A DNA stretch of 64,000 nucleotides. Origin: an uncultured Acidobacteriota bacterium. Lineage in GTDB: Bacteria > Acidobacteriota > Vicinamibacteria > Vicinamibacterales > CAVVIG01. The first letter of the stretch is position 1. Each line of letters starts with the position of its first letter. The notes under the pieces are model-generated. The model was not told the origin of the DNA. It did not search any database and saw only the letters and a list, made by a program, of their open reading frames with translations. A program made the translations under genes and the position numbers. Where the stretch lies: positions 16,778 to 80,777 of the forward strand of contig CAVQVI010000023.1 of assembly GCA_963717075.1 (NCBI GenBank), read 5' to 3'. This document shows positions 20,179 to 30,146 of the stretch, one piece after another.

Positions 20179-20457
20179 GGTTGCCGGTCTCGGGTGGGAC
20201 CCGACACGTTACTGAATCGCGCATCGCAGGCCGGATGCGGCCCTGGTTCGGACGCAGCGAATTTTTCGGTTCAACACGCGTGTCACCGCCAGCGCGAGAT
20301 GACGCGCCACGAAAAGGGTGCGGACCCCGCGGGCGCCGCAGGAGCGTCCGATGGCCCTCGAGGCGGCGTCCGGAATACTTTGCGGTCGAAAGGGAGCCCC
20401 CTTCGGCCAGGGTCCCATAATGAATGTTATGTTAACTAATGTTTGGGAGAGGACCCT

Positions 20458-22662
20458 CTATGCTGTCCAGTGCAGCGCTTCGAACCGCCCGTCTGGCACC
20501 CGCAGTTCAATCGGCCGGTGCGGCGGGTGACGCTCGACTTCCTTGTTCGTGATTGCGTTGTAGAGCGCCACGAAGAACGAGACCGCCTGCACACCCGCCA
20601 GGTCTTTCAACGGAAACGCGACTTCGAGCACGCGACCGAGGCCGATCGTCGCCGCTCCTGGGCCGCGTTCCCGCCAGCGTGGTACCTCGTCGCGATAGTC
20701 CCAGAAGATGCCTGTGACCCGGTTGTGGTCGCCGCGCACGGAAAAGCGCACGCCTTCAGGAGCCAGGAATTTGAACGACGCCTCATACCCACCGGCGAGC
20801 AGGTCCTTCATGGGCCGGTTCGCGTCCAGTCGAACGTACAGGTGTTCGGCGTCGAACCCGAAGCGTACCATTGTGAGGAGCGCGGGCGGCCGGTCGACGT
20901 GGTGCATCGCGCCGGCGATCTCACGGGGCTCGATCACGCCGGCGCCGAGCCACTCGAAGTAACTCGTCTCTTCCCCGTCCAGCGTCGGCGAGAGTCGCGC
21001 CGTCGGCTCGCTGTAGGATGCCGGGGCGGCGCCGACCGAGATGTTCGTGACGAAGAGTTCGTCGGGCACTGGCTTCTCGAGCAGCCGGTAGGCGTTCCTC
21101 AGGTGGCGGCGGAAAAGATCGTCGAACTCCAGATCGTGGTCCGATGAGTGATCGTCGCCATACCACCAGAACCAATCGCTGCCCTCCGCGATGAGGACTT
21201 CCTCCCGCGCGCGCGCGAGGGCCGTCGGCTCGACGCTGTTGGCGGTCCCGATGGCGTCGCGCGCGTCGGCCAGCTGACTCCAGGCGCGGTGGTCGTCGGG
21301 GTGTCCAATCCAGATGTAGAAGTTCGCATCGATCCAAGACCCCGGGAAGATGTTCCGAAGCTCGGGTCCACCGCCCTTACAGGCCTCTCCCATCGTCACC
21401 GTTCGCAGCTCGGGGTGGTTGGAGAGACGGCCGTAAAGCGCCCGGAGAAATGGGCGCCCTTGGCCTTCAAAGTGCTCCCAGGCATTCTCGCCGTCGAGGA
21501 TGATGGGAATCATTGCCTCTCCTCCGCCGGTTCGCGCCGCAAAGTGGCGCCCGGCCTCGGCCAGACGCCTGACGAAGTCGTCGGCGGCCCGCTCCGCGGG
21601 CCATCCTGCATAGGTGAACCCGATCAGGTCCGACAGCGCATGGTCCCGAAATACGCACGCGACACGAGCGCCGCCCGTCGAGATGACATACGGCGTGTAC
21701 AGCCGGTCGGGCTGATTCAGATCCCCGACGTCATCTCGGGCAAACGTCGTGTCAAGCGTCCTGGCAAGCACCTGTTCGTCAGTGGCCATCCACTTGAAGC
21801 CCGCCTGAGCAACAAGGGGCACCATGGCATCCGACACGGATCCTTCGGACGGCCACAGCCCGCTGGGCCTCGCCCCGAACAGCCGCTCATGGCAGTCGGA
21901 GGCCCGGATCAGCTGCTCGAGGGCATCCTCGGGATGCACGAACCGCTGCCGCGGCATTCGCGACTCGGGATGCGTGCGCTTGTACACGTCGCTGTCGCAG
22001 AGCAACGGGAGAATCGGATGGTAGAACGGCGACGTGGAGATCTCGATCTGCTGACGGTTCGCGGCCTCCTTGTATGCGGGAATCACCGCATTGAGGAGCT
22101 CGAGTTCAACCGTGCGCAGGACGCCCTTGTCGGCTTCGGTGAAGTTCCGCTGCTTCGTGATGAGATCTCGCACGCGAGCGTCTCCTTCAAGGTAGAACGG
22201 ATCGATCCAGGCGAGCTTCTGCCAGACCTGCAGGTCGCGCAGGTCATCGACCGTGAAGCAACCGGCAGCGCGCTCCCTATCGGCGGCGGTCGTGATCGGC
22301 CCGCGCCGTGCAAACAGTTCGGCATAGCGCGGATGGATCTCGATCATGCGCTGCCGGTGAGCATGGAAGAAGTGCTGCGCCATGAACGCGGCGTCGGCTC
22401 GGCTCAACTCGCTCGCCGGCCTGAGGGTCAGGTCCAGGTAGCGGTCGTGCGCCTGGTTCCCGGCGAACGCCTCGAGCTGGACGAGGAGCGAGGGCACGAG
22501 GTTGAACGTCATGCGGACCCCCGGGAACTCGCGCAGCAGCGCCACCATGCCGTAGTAGTCCTTCAGCGCGTGCAGTCGGACCCAGGGCAGGATGTGTTCA
22601 CGGGTGACGAGATCTTCGTAATACGGCTGGTGCATGTGCCAGAGAAGCGCCACGCGAGTCAT
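20458..22662 (-). CDS. Glycoside hydrolase family 57 protein (alpha-glucan processing enzyme)
   Basis: 734 aa. N-terminus LLWHMHQPYYED..HALKDYYGM is typical of GH57, followed by a long C-terminal region. Confidence 0.8.
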   Translation of the reverse strand: MTRVALLWHMHQPYYEDLVTREHILPWVRLHALKDYYGMVALLREFPGVRMTFNLVPSLLVQLEAFAGNQAHDRYLDLTLRPASELSRADAAFMAQHFFHAHRQRMIEIHPRYAELFARRGPITTAADRERAAGCFTVDDLRDLQVWQKLAWIDPFYLEGDARVRDLITKQRNFTEADKGVLRTVELELLNAVIPAYKEAANRQQIEISTSPFYHPILPLLCDSDVYKRTHPESRMPRQRFVHPEDALEQLIRASDCHERLFGARPSGLWPSEGSVSDAMVPLVAQAGFKWMATDEQVLARTLDTTFARDDVGDLNQPDRLYTPYVISTGGARVACVFRDHALSDLIGFTYAGWPAERAADDFVRRLAEAGRHFAARTGGGEAMIPIILDGENAWEHFEGQGRPFLRALYGRLSNHPELRTVTMGEACKGGGPELRNIFPGSWIDANFYIWIGHPDDHRAWSQLADARDAIGTANSVEPTALARAREEVLIAEGSDWFWWYGDDHSSDHDLEFDDLFRRHLRNAYRLLEKPVPDELFVTNISVGAAPASYSEPTARLSPTLDGEETSYFEWLGAGVIEPREIAGAMHHVDRPPALLTMVRFGFDAEHLYVRLDANRPMKDLLAGGYEASFKFLAPEGVRFSVRGDHNRVTGIFWDYRDEVPRWRERGPGAATIGLGRVLEVAFPLKDLAGVQAVSFFVALYNAITNKEVERHPPHRPIELRVPDGRFEALHWTA

Positions 22663-22847
22663 AGGGTGTTAGTCTAATTGGGATTGGCGAAACTCTCAGC
22701 TGTCAGCTCCAGCCGGGGATCAGTCCTGGAAAAATTGTGGCGTCCTGCGCAGCCATGGCAGCCGGAACCAAGGCCGAAGCGGAGAACTGAAGAGCGGGAA
22801 AAGCGAACCGGGACGAAACGCTGAGAGCCGACAAGCCATAGATCTCC

Positions 22848-24863
22848 ATGTTCAAGACTATCGACCGCTACATCCTGCGCGAGATCATCCTGCCCTTCGC
22901 CCTCGGGTTGCTGGTGCTCACCTTCGTGCTGGAGATCCCAGTCATCCTTCGACAGGGCGAGGCTCTCGTGGCCAAAGGCGTCGAGTGGTCGACCATCGCG
23001 CGCGTCCTGCTCACGCTCCTGCCGAGTCAGCTGAGTTTGACGATTCCGATGTCGGTGCTCCTCGGCATTCTGATCGGATTCGGTCGCCTGTCATCCGATC
23101 GGGAGTTCGTCGCCCTGCAGGCCTGCGGCGTGAGCCTCGGACGACTCCTCCGGCCGCTCGTTTTCATTTCCGTGCTGGCGACCCTCTTCGCAGCCTACGA
23201 AACGATCGTCGCACTCCCCGCTGCCAATCAGACATTTCGGGAAATCACCTACAGCGTCGTGGCCTCCCGCGTCGAGCGGAGCGTCAGGCCGGGGGTGTTC
23301 TTCGAAGACTTCCCGAATCGGGTGATCTACGTCCGCAATCTGCCGACAGCCGGTGGATGGGAGGACGTCTTTCTGGCAGACACCACGCAGCCCGGCCGCA
23401 CGATTGTGTATTTCGCTCGGCAGGGGCACATCCGCCTCGACCGCGAGCACCGCCTCGTTCAGCTCGAGCTCCTCGACGGTACGTCCCACACGACCTATAC
23501 GGACAAACCGGAGAAGTACGACGAGCAGGTATTCGAAACCTTCGTCATCTCGCTGGACCCCCGCACGGTCTTTCCACCGCCGCCAGCCAAGGGCGCGCCG
23601 GAAATGACCTTCGCCGAGCTGCGCGAACGGATCGCGGAAGCAGCCGCGCACGGCGACCCAGGCTACCAGTACCGCATGATGTCGCACCAGAAGCTGGCAC
23701 TGCCCGTCACGTGTCCGATCCTCGCGCTCATCGGCCTCGGCCTCGGTGCGAGCAACCGGAAAGACGGCAAGCTCGCCAGCTTCGTCCTCGGGTTCGGCGT
23801 GATCTTTGTGTATTACATCTTCCTCTATGTGTTTCGCGCCCTGGCGATGGGAGGCCGGTTCAGCCCTGAATGGGCGCCGTGGGTCCCGAACATCATCATG
23901 GCGGCGACCGGCCTCCTGCTGCTGGCGTGGCGCTCGCGCTCGGCGGATCAGCCGATTCGACTGAGCGTCCCGGCGTTCTGGCGCCGAGACGTGCTGAAGG
24001 AGACGCCAGCGGAGGGCGCGGCTCCAACGGGAGCGCAACCCGGGCGTGTCCTCGTTGTCATCCGACTCCCCCACCTGAACATTCCGACCCCGAGGCTGCT
24101 CGACGTCTACCTTGCGCGCCAATACTGGCGGATTGTATTCCTCAGTCTGGTGTCTCTCCTCGGGATCTTCTATATCTCGACGTTCATCGATCTGGCCGAC
24201 GAACTGTTTCGCAAGGAGACGACGCTCGGAACCGTGCTGCGGTATTTCTACTTTCAGACGCCGCAGTTCGTGTTCTACGTGATCCCGATGTCTGTATTGG
24301 TGGCCACGCTCGTGACGGTGGCGCTGATGACAAAGAACAGCGAGCTCATCGTCATGCGTGCCTGCGGCATCAGCCTCTATCGAACCGCCGGTCCCCTCGT
24401 CCTCTTTGCCGCCCTGGTCGCTGGCGCGCTGTTCCTGATGCAAGAGCGCCTGCTCCCGGTCGCAAATCGCGAGGCGGATCGACTGAACCGCCTGGTGCGC
24501 GGGTACGGGCCGCAGACATCTCCCTTCAATCAGCGATGGACCATCAGCCGCAACGGATCGCTCTACCACTACGACCTCTTCGATTCCAACGAGAATCGTT
24601 TCCAGCACCTGTGGACGTACCAGGTGGCCCAGAAGAACTGGCGGCTGAGCGCCATGACGTACGCCAGCGAGGCCACCCTCGCGGGCCCATCGCCGGAGCA
24701 CACCCCAGAGTTCTCACGCTGGACCGCGCGAAACGGCTGGACCCGCGCAGTTTCTCCAGGCAAAAGGGCCGAAAAGCCGTGCAATCGGCGTCACCTACAA
24801 GACCTACCCCGAGCGCACGCTGACGCTCGAGTCGCCGGAGTACTTCGGCAGCCGCTGGGTTGA
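22848..24863 (+). CDS. lptF: LptF/LptG-family permeases in one continuous frame (LptF-like about 22848-23950; LptG-like from about 24060). The frame is lost near 24745
   Basis: Two YjgP/YjgQ N-termini: MFKTIDRYILREIILPF and PRLLDVYLARQYWRIVF. No stop codon separates them. The last ~40 aa of the track ORF (AVSPGKRAEKPCNRR...) are out-of-frame junk. Confidence 0.75.
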   Translation: MFKTIDRYILREIILPFALGLLVLTFVLEIPVILRQGEALVAKGVEWSTIARVLLTLLPSQLSLTIPMSVLLGILIGFGRLSSDREFVALQACGVSLGRLLRPLVFISVLATLFAAYETIVALPAANQTFREITYSVVASRVERSVRPGVFFEDFPNRVIYVRNLPTAGGWEDVFLADTTQPGRTIVYFARQGHIRLDREHRLVQLELLDGTSHTTYTDKPEKYDEQVFETFVISLDPRTVFPPPPAKGAPEMTFAELRERIAEAAAHGDPGYQYRMMSHQKLALPVTCPILALIGLGLGASNRKDGKLASFVLGFGVIFVYYIFLYVFRALAMGGRFSPEWAPWVPNIIMAATGLLLLAWRSRSADQPIRLSVPAFWRRDVLKETPAEGAAPTGAQPGRVLVVIRLPHLNIPTPRLLDVYLARQYWRIVFLSLVSLLGIFYISTFIDLADELFRKETTLGTVLRYFYFQTPQFVFYVIPMSVLVATLVTVALMTKNSELIVMRACGISLYRTAGPLVLFAALVAGALFLMQERLLPVANREADRLNRLVRGYGPQTSPFNQRWTISRNGSLYHYDLFDSNENRFQHLWTYQVAQKNWRLSAMTYASEATLAGPSPEHTPEFSRWTARNGWTRAVSPGKRAEKPCNRRHLQDLPRAHADARVAGVLRQPLG

Positions 24864-24873
24864 CACAGAACAG

Positions 24874-25230
24874 ATGACCTACGATCAGATGCTCACCTTC
24901 AATCAGCTCCGCGACTATATTGCCCAGTTGCGCGCGAGCGGCGCGAACGTGATCCCGTACACCGTGGCACTGCAGCGCAAGATTGCCTTTCCGCTTGTGA
25001 CCGTCATCATGACGCTGCTGGCCGTGCCGTTTGCCGCTGGTGGCGGCCGCCGCGGCGCGCTGTACGGGATTGGAGTGGGCATTTTGCTCGCGCTCGGATA
25101 TTTCGTGACGATGAGCGTGTTCGGGGCGCTGGGGTCCGGGGGGTTTCTGACGCCGACACTTGCCGCTTGGGCGCCCAATCTGCTCTTCTCCGCCGCGGCG
25201 CTCTACATGATTCTTACGGTGCGCACATAG
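24874..25230 (+). CDS. lptG: C-terminal transmembrane part of LptG, separated from the upstream ORF by an apparent frameshift
   Basis: This frame is open upstream back to about 24745 and reads QFLQAKGPKSRAIGVTYKTYPERTLTLESPEYF...TEQMTYDQM, then three TM segments. That continues the LptG domain of the previous ORF. Confidence 0.75.
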   Translation: MTYDQMLTFNQLRDYIAQLRASGANVIPYTVALQRKIAFPLVTVIMTLLAVPFAAGGGRRGALYGIGVGILLALGYFVTMSVFGALGSGGFLTPTLAAWAPNLLFSAAALYMILTVRT

Positions 25231-25251
25231 AACCTGTGAACCTGCTTGGCG

Positions 25252-26940
25252 CTAGCGTTGCACGCTGACGTCCGAGAGCCAGAACTCGCCTGACGCGCCG
25301 AGCCCGGCGCTCGCGGTGTCCACGACGAACATGACATATGGCATGTCGGCCAGCGGCGGCCTCTCGTGCCTGCTCTCGCCCACGGGCACGAAGTCGTCGA
25401 AGAAGAGCGTCAGTGTCCGCGGTGTCGTGTCGGCATAGACAGACCGTTGCCAGCGCTCTTCAGCGACGCCGGCCTTTTCGGTGCGCAGCTGGACTGAAAT
25501 TCGCATGGGCCGATCGGCGCGCACGGAAAACGCGGTGCGGTCGTAGGACACGAGCGATCGGGGAAATGACACGAGCAGCGCCACCCGGCCGTCCTGTGAT
25601 TGGTCGCCCGCCAGCCGGTAGCGGACGTGCAGCTCCCCCCTGCCCTCCGCGCTCGAAACGACGTGCATCTCGGCCGTCGACGAAGCGGCGTGCTCCAGAC
25701 GCCACGCGGATGCGCTTCGTCCGGTGAAGAGAGACGCGGTTTCAACAGCCGGCGGATGTGCCGACGCTGACGCCGCGCCGGCATTCACGGACCCACGAAC
25801 GTAGATCGGGTTGCTGGCAATCCACAGCGGCCGATCGCGGCGATCCGATGCGTGAATCTCGACCCGATACACCGCCGGTCCTTCCGGTGCGGTCACGGTG
25901 AATGAGGGGTCGTGGCGGTCCGTTTCGAGGATCTGATTGTCTCGCCAGACGGTCGTCGTGAACGTCGGCGGCGCATTGCTCCGCACGCGAAGTGTGACCG
26001 GGCCCGACGCGGGCAGATTGTCGCCCTGTCCCACGCTTCCAACGGAGCTGACCGCAGAGAACGTGAAGAACGGTGGGCCCGCAAACCCGTCCACCGCCGT
26101 GTAGACATGCCCCGCACGGAGTCCACCGAGAATGGCTGCAGCGTCCGCGACCGCATTCCCCGAGAGCAGGCTCTCGGGTGTGACCCGCACCGAGAGCATT
26201 CGAAACGCCGATTCGTAGCTCGGAATGGGAACCGCCCCTATCTGCCCGTGGGCGTCGGTGCCGGCCACCGCCACGACGCGGCGTGTGCGTGTCAGCGTCT
26301 CCCATCGCGCCAGCACCCGTGACGAATCACTCAGGAGCCCGGCGATGGCCTCCGCGGGCCTGAACGGATAGCCGCCCAGCGCCTCGAGCAGTCGCAGCTG
26401 CGATCGTAGGCTGCCACTGGCGTGAACGCGCCAGCTCGTATCCGCATTGACGACTTCAATGCCGTCGAACGGTGTGGACCAGCCTTGCCACTGCAGTTCC
26501 TGCTTCGGCGAATCGGGATGCGCAGCAACGCCGAACCCGCCCAGGCGTGCCACGTCCTCAACCACATCCCGTGGCTCCCCGCCGAGCGGATAAGGCGCCG
26601 CCGGCAACCCGATGGCGATGTAATGACCTCCAGCGGTGCTGATCTCCACGCCGTCGAGAGTGAGGACGTCACCGTAGTACGAGGGCGGATCTGGCGTGCG
26701 GGTGGCATCCCCGTGATCCGTCAGGACAATGAACTTCAGTCCGGCCCGACCCGCGGCAGCTGCCGCATCCTGTGGCGAGCCGTAGCCGTCGGATCGGTTC
26801 GTGTGAATGTGAAGAACGCCAGCAACGGTGCCATCGTCCTCGGCATGGGGAAGCGCCATGCGGACGGGCGGGAGCGTAGACGCGATCCACAGGACACCGG
26901 CGGCCACCAGGGCCGCCGCTGCCAGGAGAACCCGCTTCAC
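25252..26940 (-). CDS. PHP-domain (CehA/McbA-like) metallohydrolase with a signal anchor
   Basis: N-terminal anchor, then LHIHTNRSDGYGS...FIVLTDHGD PHP motifs, with a large beta-rich C-terminal region. Confidence 0.65.
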   Translation of the reverse strand: MKRVLLAAAALVAAGVLWIASTLPPVRMALPHAEDDGTVAGVLHIHTNRSDGYGSPQDAAAAAGRAGLKFIVLTDHGDATRTPDPPSYYGDVLTLDGVEISTAGGHYIAIGLPAAPYPLGGEPRDVVEDVARLGGFGVAAHPDSPKQELQWQGWSTPFDGIEVVNADTSWRVHASGSLRSQLRLLEALGGYPFRPAEAIAGLLSDSSRVLARWETLTRTRRVVAVAGTDAHGQIGAVPIPSYESAFRMLSVRVTPESLLSGNAVADAAAILGGLRAGHVYTAVDGFAGPPFFTFSAVSSVGSVGQGDNLPASGPVTLRVRSNAPPTFTTTVWRDNQILETDRHDPSFTVTAPEGPAVYRVEIHASDRRDRPLWIASNPIYVRGSVNAGAASASAHPPAVETASLFTGRSASAWRLEHAASSTAEMHVVSSAEGRGELHVRYRLAGDQSQDGRVALLVSFPRSLVSYDRTAFSVRADRPMRISVQLRTEKAGVAEERWQRSVYADTTPRTLTLFFDDFVPVGESRHERPPLADMPYVMFVVDTASAGLGASGEFWLSDVSVQR

Positions 26941-26950
26941 GTCGAGACTC

Positions 26951-28102
26951 TTAGAGCCTCGCCTGCGACTGTAGCGCTGCTGCCCTGTCGGTCCGCTCCC
27001 ACGTGAACTCCGGCTCGCAACGTCCGAAATGCCCGAACGCCGCGGTCTGTTTGTAGATCGGCCGCCGGAGGTTCAGGTCGTCGATGATGCCGCGCGGCGT
27101 GAGCTTGAAGTGACCGCGTACCAGCTCGGTGATCCGCTCCTCGGGAATGCGCCCAGTGCCCTCGGTGTGTACCATCACCGACACCGGGTCCGCGACACCG
27201 ATGGCGTAGGCGAGCTGCACCAGCGCGCGATCGGCAATGCCAGCCGCCACCACATTCTTGGCGATGTAGCGGGCCATGTAGCAGGCCGATCGGTCCACCT
27301 TGGTGGGGTCTTTTCCCGAGAACGCGCCGCCGCCGTGCGGCGCGGCGCCTCCGTAGGTGTCGACGATGATCTTTCGGCCCGTCACGCCGGCGTCTCCGTG
27401 AGGACCTCCGACAACGAACCGACCGGTCGGATTGACGTACACCTTGGTTTGCGCATCCATGAGCTGCGCCGGAATGACGCAATTGATGATCTTCTCGATG
27501 ATGTCGGCGCGCATCCGCTCGTTCGTGGCATCCGGGCTGTGCTGGCTCGAAACGACGACGGTGTCGACGCGCACGGGCGTGTTGCCGTCGTACTCCACGG
27601 TGACCTGCGATTTGCCGTCGGGACGCAGGTACCCGAGCACGCCGTTGCGGCGTGCAGCTGATAGCCCCCTGACGAGCTTGTGCGCGAGCATGATCGGCAG
27701 CGGCATCAGTTCGTCGGTTTCCCGGCAGGCGTACCCGAACATCAGCCCCTGGTCGCCGGCCCCCCCGGTGTCCACGCCCATCGCGATATCGGGCGACTGG
27801 CTGTGAATCGACGAAATCACGGCGCACGTCTCCGCGTCGAACCCGAACTTGCCGCGCGTATAGCCCACGTCGGTGATCGTGTCGCGGACGACCTTCTGGT
27901 AATCGATCACCGCGCGGGTGGTGATTTCTCCTGCGATAAAGGCAATTCCTGTCGTGACCAGCGTTTCACAGGCAACGCGGCTCTGAGGATCCTGGCCAAT
28001 GAGGGCGTCGAGGATCGAATCAGAAATCTGGTCGGCGATCTTGTCGGGATGTCCTTCGGTGACAGACTCGGATGTGAAGAGATGCCGTCCACTACGGCTC
28101 AT
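26951..28102 (-). CDS. metK: S-adenosylmethionine synthase
   Basis: 383 aa. [26 protein letters not shown] and [16 protein letters not shown]. Confidence 0.95.
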   Translation of the reverse strand: MSRSGRHLFTSESVTEGHPDKIADQISDSILDALIGQDPQSRVACETLVTTGIAFIAGEITTRAVIDYQKVVRDTITDVGYTRGKFGFDAETCAVISSIHSQSPDIAMGVDTGGAGDQGLMFGYACRETDELMPLPIMLAHKLVRGLSAARRNGVLGYLRPDGKSQVTVEYDGNTPVRVDTVVVSSQHSPDATNERMRADIIEKIINCVIPAQLMDAQTKVYVNPTGRFVVGGPHGDAGVTGRKIIVDTYGGAAPHGGGAFSGKDPTKVDRSACYMARYIAKNVVAAGIADRALVQLAYAIGVADPVSVMVHTEGTGRIPEERITELVRGHFKLTPRGIIDDLNLRRPIYKQTAAFGHFGRCEPEFTWERTDRAAALQSQARL

Positions 28103-28189
28103 GCAGCGCTCCTAGTCAGGTCCGGCCGGGGCCGGACTCTGCAAAGATGTCCGAGAAAACGGACGAGTCAAACGGTTAAGTCTAGCAGA

Positions 28190-29170
28190 TCAAGAGCGGG
28201 GGTGAAAACGATCATAGACGGCACGCAGCCGTGCTTCGAGCACGTGCGTATAGATTTGCGTCGTCGACAGATCGGCGTGCCCGAGCATCGTCTGGATCGC
28301 GCGGAGATCGGCACCTCGCTCGAGCAGGTGCGTGGCGAAGGAGTGACGGAGGACATGTGGGCTGACCGATACGCCGAGGCCGACCTGCCGGCTGTAGCCC
28401 TTGAGGATCTTCCAGAAGCCGACACGGCTGAGCGGCCGACCGCGCGCGTTCAGAAACAGCCGCGGCGTGGGCCCTGTTCCGGTGCCCTTCTTCAGGAGCA
28501 CGGGTCTTCCATCACGCTGGTAGCGGCGCATCCAGTCGGCAGCCTGCTCGCCGACGGGGATCAGTCGCTCCTTGTTTCCCTTTCCGATGCAGGTGACGTA
28601 GTGCGCATCGAGATGCAGGTCGGCGGCGCGGAGTCCAACGAGTTCTGAGACGCGCATGCCGGTCGCGTAGAGCAGCTCGATCATCGCGCGGTCGCGCAGC
28701 CCGCGCAGGGCGTTGGTGTCGGGTGCCGCGATGAGGGTATCGACCTGTTCGAGTGACAGAAACTTCGGGAGCGCGGCCCAGGCCCTGGGCGGATGCAGAT
28801 CGTCTGCGGGGTTGTGAGCGATCTGTCGATCGACGACGAGATACTTATAGTAGCCGCGCACCGCGGCAACAGCCCGTCCCACCGACCGTGGAGACAGCCC
28901 ACTCGTCATCTGCTGCCGGACGAACGCCTCGAGCGCCCTGCGATCGAGCGCCTCCGGTCGAGCTTTCCGCGACGCCGCGAACGCGGCCAGCGCCTGCAGG
29001 TCGCGCGCGTAACTCTCGAGCGTGTGCGTGGCCAGACGGCGTTCGATGCGGAGGTGGTCGAGGTACGAATCGAGGGTGGTCATTGATTGTTGGATGTTGG
29101 TCATTGCCGTTGGCCCTTGGCCGTCGACTATGCTAGCATCCGCGGTTTGTTCTCCTGAGGTCTGTTCCAA
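28190..29170 (-). CDS. xerD: Tyrosine recombinase XerD/XerC
   Basis: N-terminal SAM-like domain (LDSYLDHLRIERRLATHTLESYARDL) and catalytic residues (ATGMRVSEL, HVLRHSFATHLL, LGHADLSTTQIYTHV). The true start is probably an internal Met near 29083-29104. Confidence 0.85.
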   Translation of the reverse strand: MEQTSGEQTADASIVDGQGPTAMTNIQQSMTTLDSYLDHLRIERRLATHTLESYARDLQALAAFAASRKARPEALDRRALEAFVRQQMTSGLSPRSVGRAVAAVRGYYKYLVVDRQIAHNPADDLHPPRAWAALPKFLSLEQVDTLIAAPDTNALRGLRDRAMIELLYATGMRVSELVGLRAADLHLDAHYVTCIGKGNKERLIPVGEQAADWMRRYQRDGRPVLLKKGTGTGPTPRLFLNARGRPLSRVGFWKILKGYSRQVGLGVSVSPHVLRHSFATHLLERGADLRAIQTMLGHADLSTTQIYTHVLEARLRAVYDRFHPRS

Positions 29171-29172
29171 GC

Positions 29173-30136
29173 ATGCCCCTGCGTTCCAAATGGCAGTCCC
29201 TTCCCACTGAAGCGATCAATCCGTCGACGCTGGCGATCGACAAACTCTCCCCCGCTGACATCGTGGAGGGCATGCTGAACGAGGACCGCAAGATGCTCAT
29301 GGCGGTCCAGCGCGAGAAGGAGCGGATTGCCGTCGGCATTGACATCATCACCCAGGCGCTCCGTAAGGGTGGACGCATCATCTTCGTCGGCGCGGGCACC
29401 AGCGGACGGCTCGGCGTCGTCGAGGCCGCGGAGATGCCGCCGACCTTCGGCACGAGCCCCGACCATGGTCCAGGCCATCATCGCCGGCGGCAAGAACTCG
29501 CTCGTGCGGGCCAAGGAAGGCGTCGAAGACAACTACGAAGAAGGCGCACGCTCCATCAACCGTCTGCGCCCGACGAAGAAAGACGTCGTGATCGGCGTGT
29601 CGGCCAGTGGCATGACGCCGTTCGTGCGCGGGGCGCTGACGCGCGCCAGGCGGGCGGCATCGAAGATCATCTTCGTGACCTGCGACCCGCGCACGGAACT
29701 GCAGACGTTCGTGGACGTGACCATCGCACCCGCGGTCGGTCCGGAGGTGATTGCGGGATCCACGCGCCTCAAGGCGGGCACAGCTACGAAGATCGTGCTC
29801 AACATGCTGACGACGGCGGCCATGATCCGTATTGGGAAGACGTACGGCAACCTGATGGTCGATGTGCAGATGGGATCGGAGAAACTTCGTGATCGCGCCC
29901 GCCGAATCATCACCATGATCACGGGGCTCGAGTACGACGCCGCCGACAAGTTGCTCCGCAGCGCGCACTGGAACGTGAAGGCCGCGATCGTGATGCAGAA
30001 GTCGGGCCTCAACTACGCGCGCGCAGTCGCGCGCCTCAGAAAGGCTCACGACTTCATCACCGACGCCATCGGCGAGGAGGCAGAACCACGATTGAGAGAA
30101 CTGCTGGGCGGAGGCGGAATCTCAGAAAAGACGTGA
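29173..30136 (+). CDS. murQ: N-acetylmuramic acid 6-phosphate etherase, interrupted by a 1-nt frameshift near 29457-29464
   Basis: The N-terminal part (ORF 29173..) reads ...GGRIIFVGAGTSGRLGVVEAAEMPPTFGTSP. The continuation MVQAIIAGG...VIGVSASGMTPFV...STRLKAGTATK is in the ORF 29327..30136 frame. The break is at a CCCC run. Confidence 0.8.
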
Positions 30137-30146
30137 AGTTGGCCCT

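Larger units (their letters stand above)
18575..20419. repeat. Degenerate tandem array of parB-3'-end copies (A) and a GC-rich hairpin module (B)
   Basis: Order: B1 18575-18840, truncated A+B fragment 18841-18953, A2 18954-19317, B2 19318-19552, B3 19553-19821, A3 19822-20178, B4 20179-20419. Read by eye: each B starts with GGTTGCCGGTCTCG, and each A ends with the duplicated AAATAG(AAATAG) of the parB stop region. Confidence 0.9.

Noticed and set aside
18214-20419. Diversity-generating retroelement (template/variable repeat at a gene 3' end) or a CRISPR-like array as an explanation for the parB repeats
   Set aside because: Differences between copies are not adenine-specific; they include T>C, G>A and indels. 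No reverse transcriptase gene is nearby. The units are 240-360 nt, with no short constant repeats separated by unique spacers, and there are no cas genes.
28103-28189. SAM riboswitch upstream of metK
   Set aside because: Only ~87 nt separate metK from the xerD stop. The spacer holds just one short GC hairpin (GTCCGGCC/GGCCGGAC) and an AGGAG SD. That is too short and lacks the multi-helix architecture of the SAM riboswitch classes.
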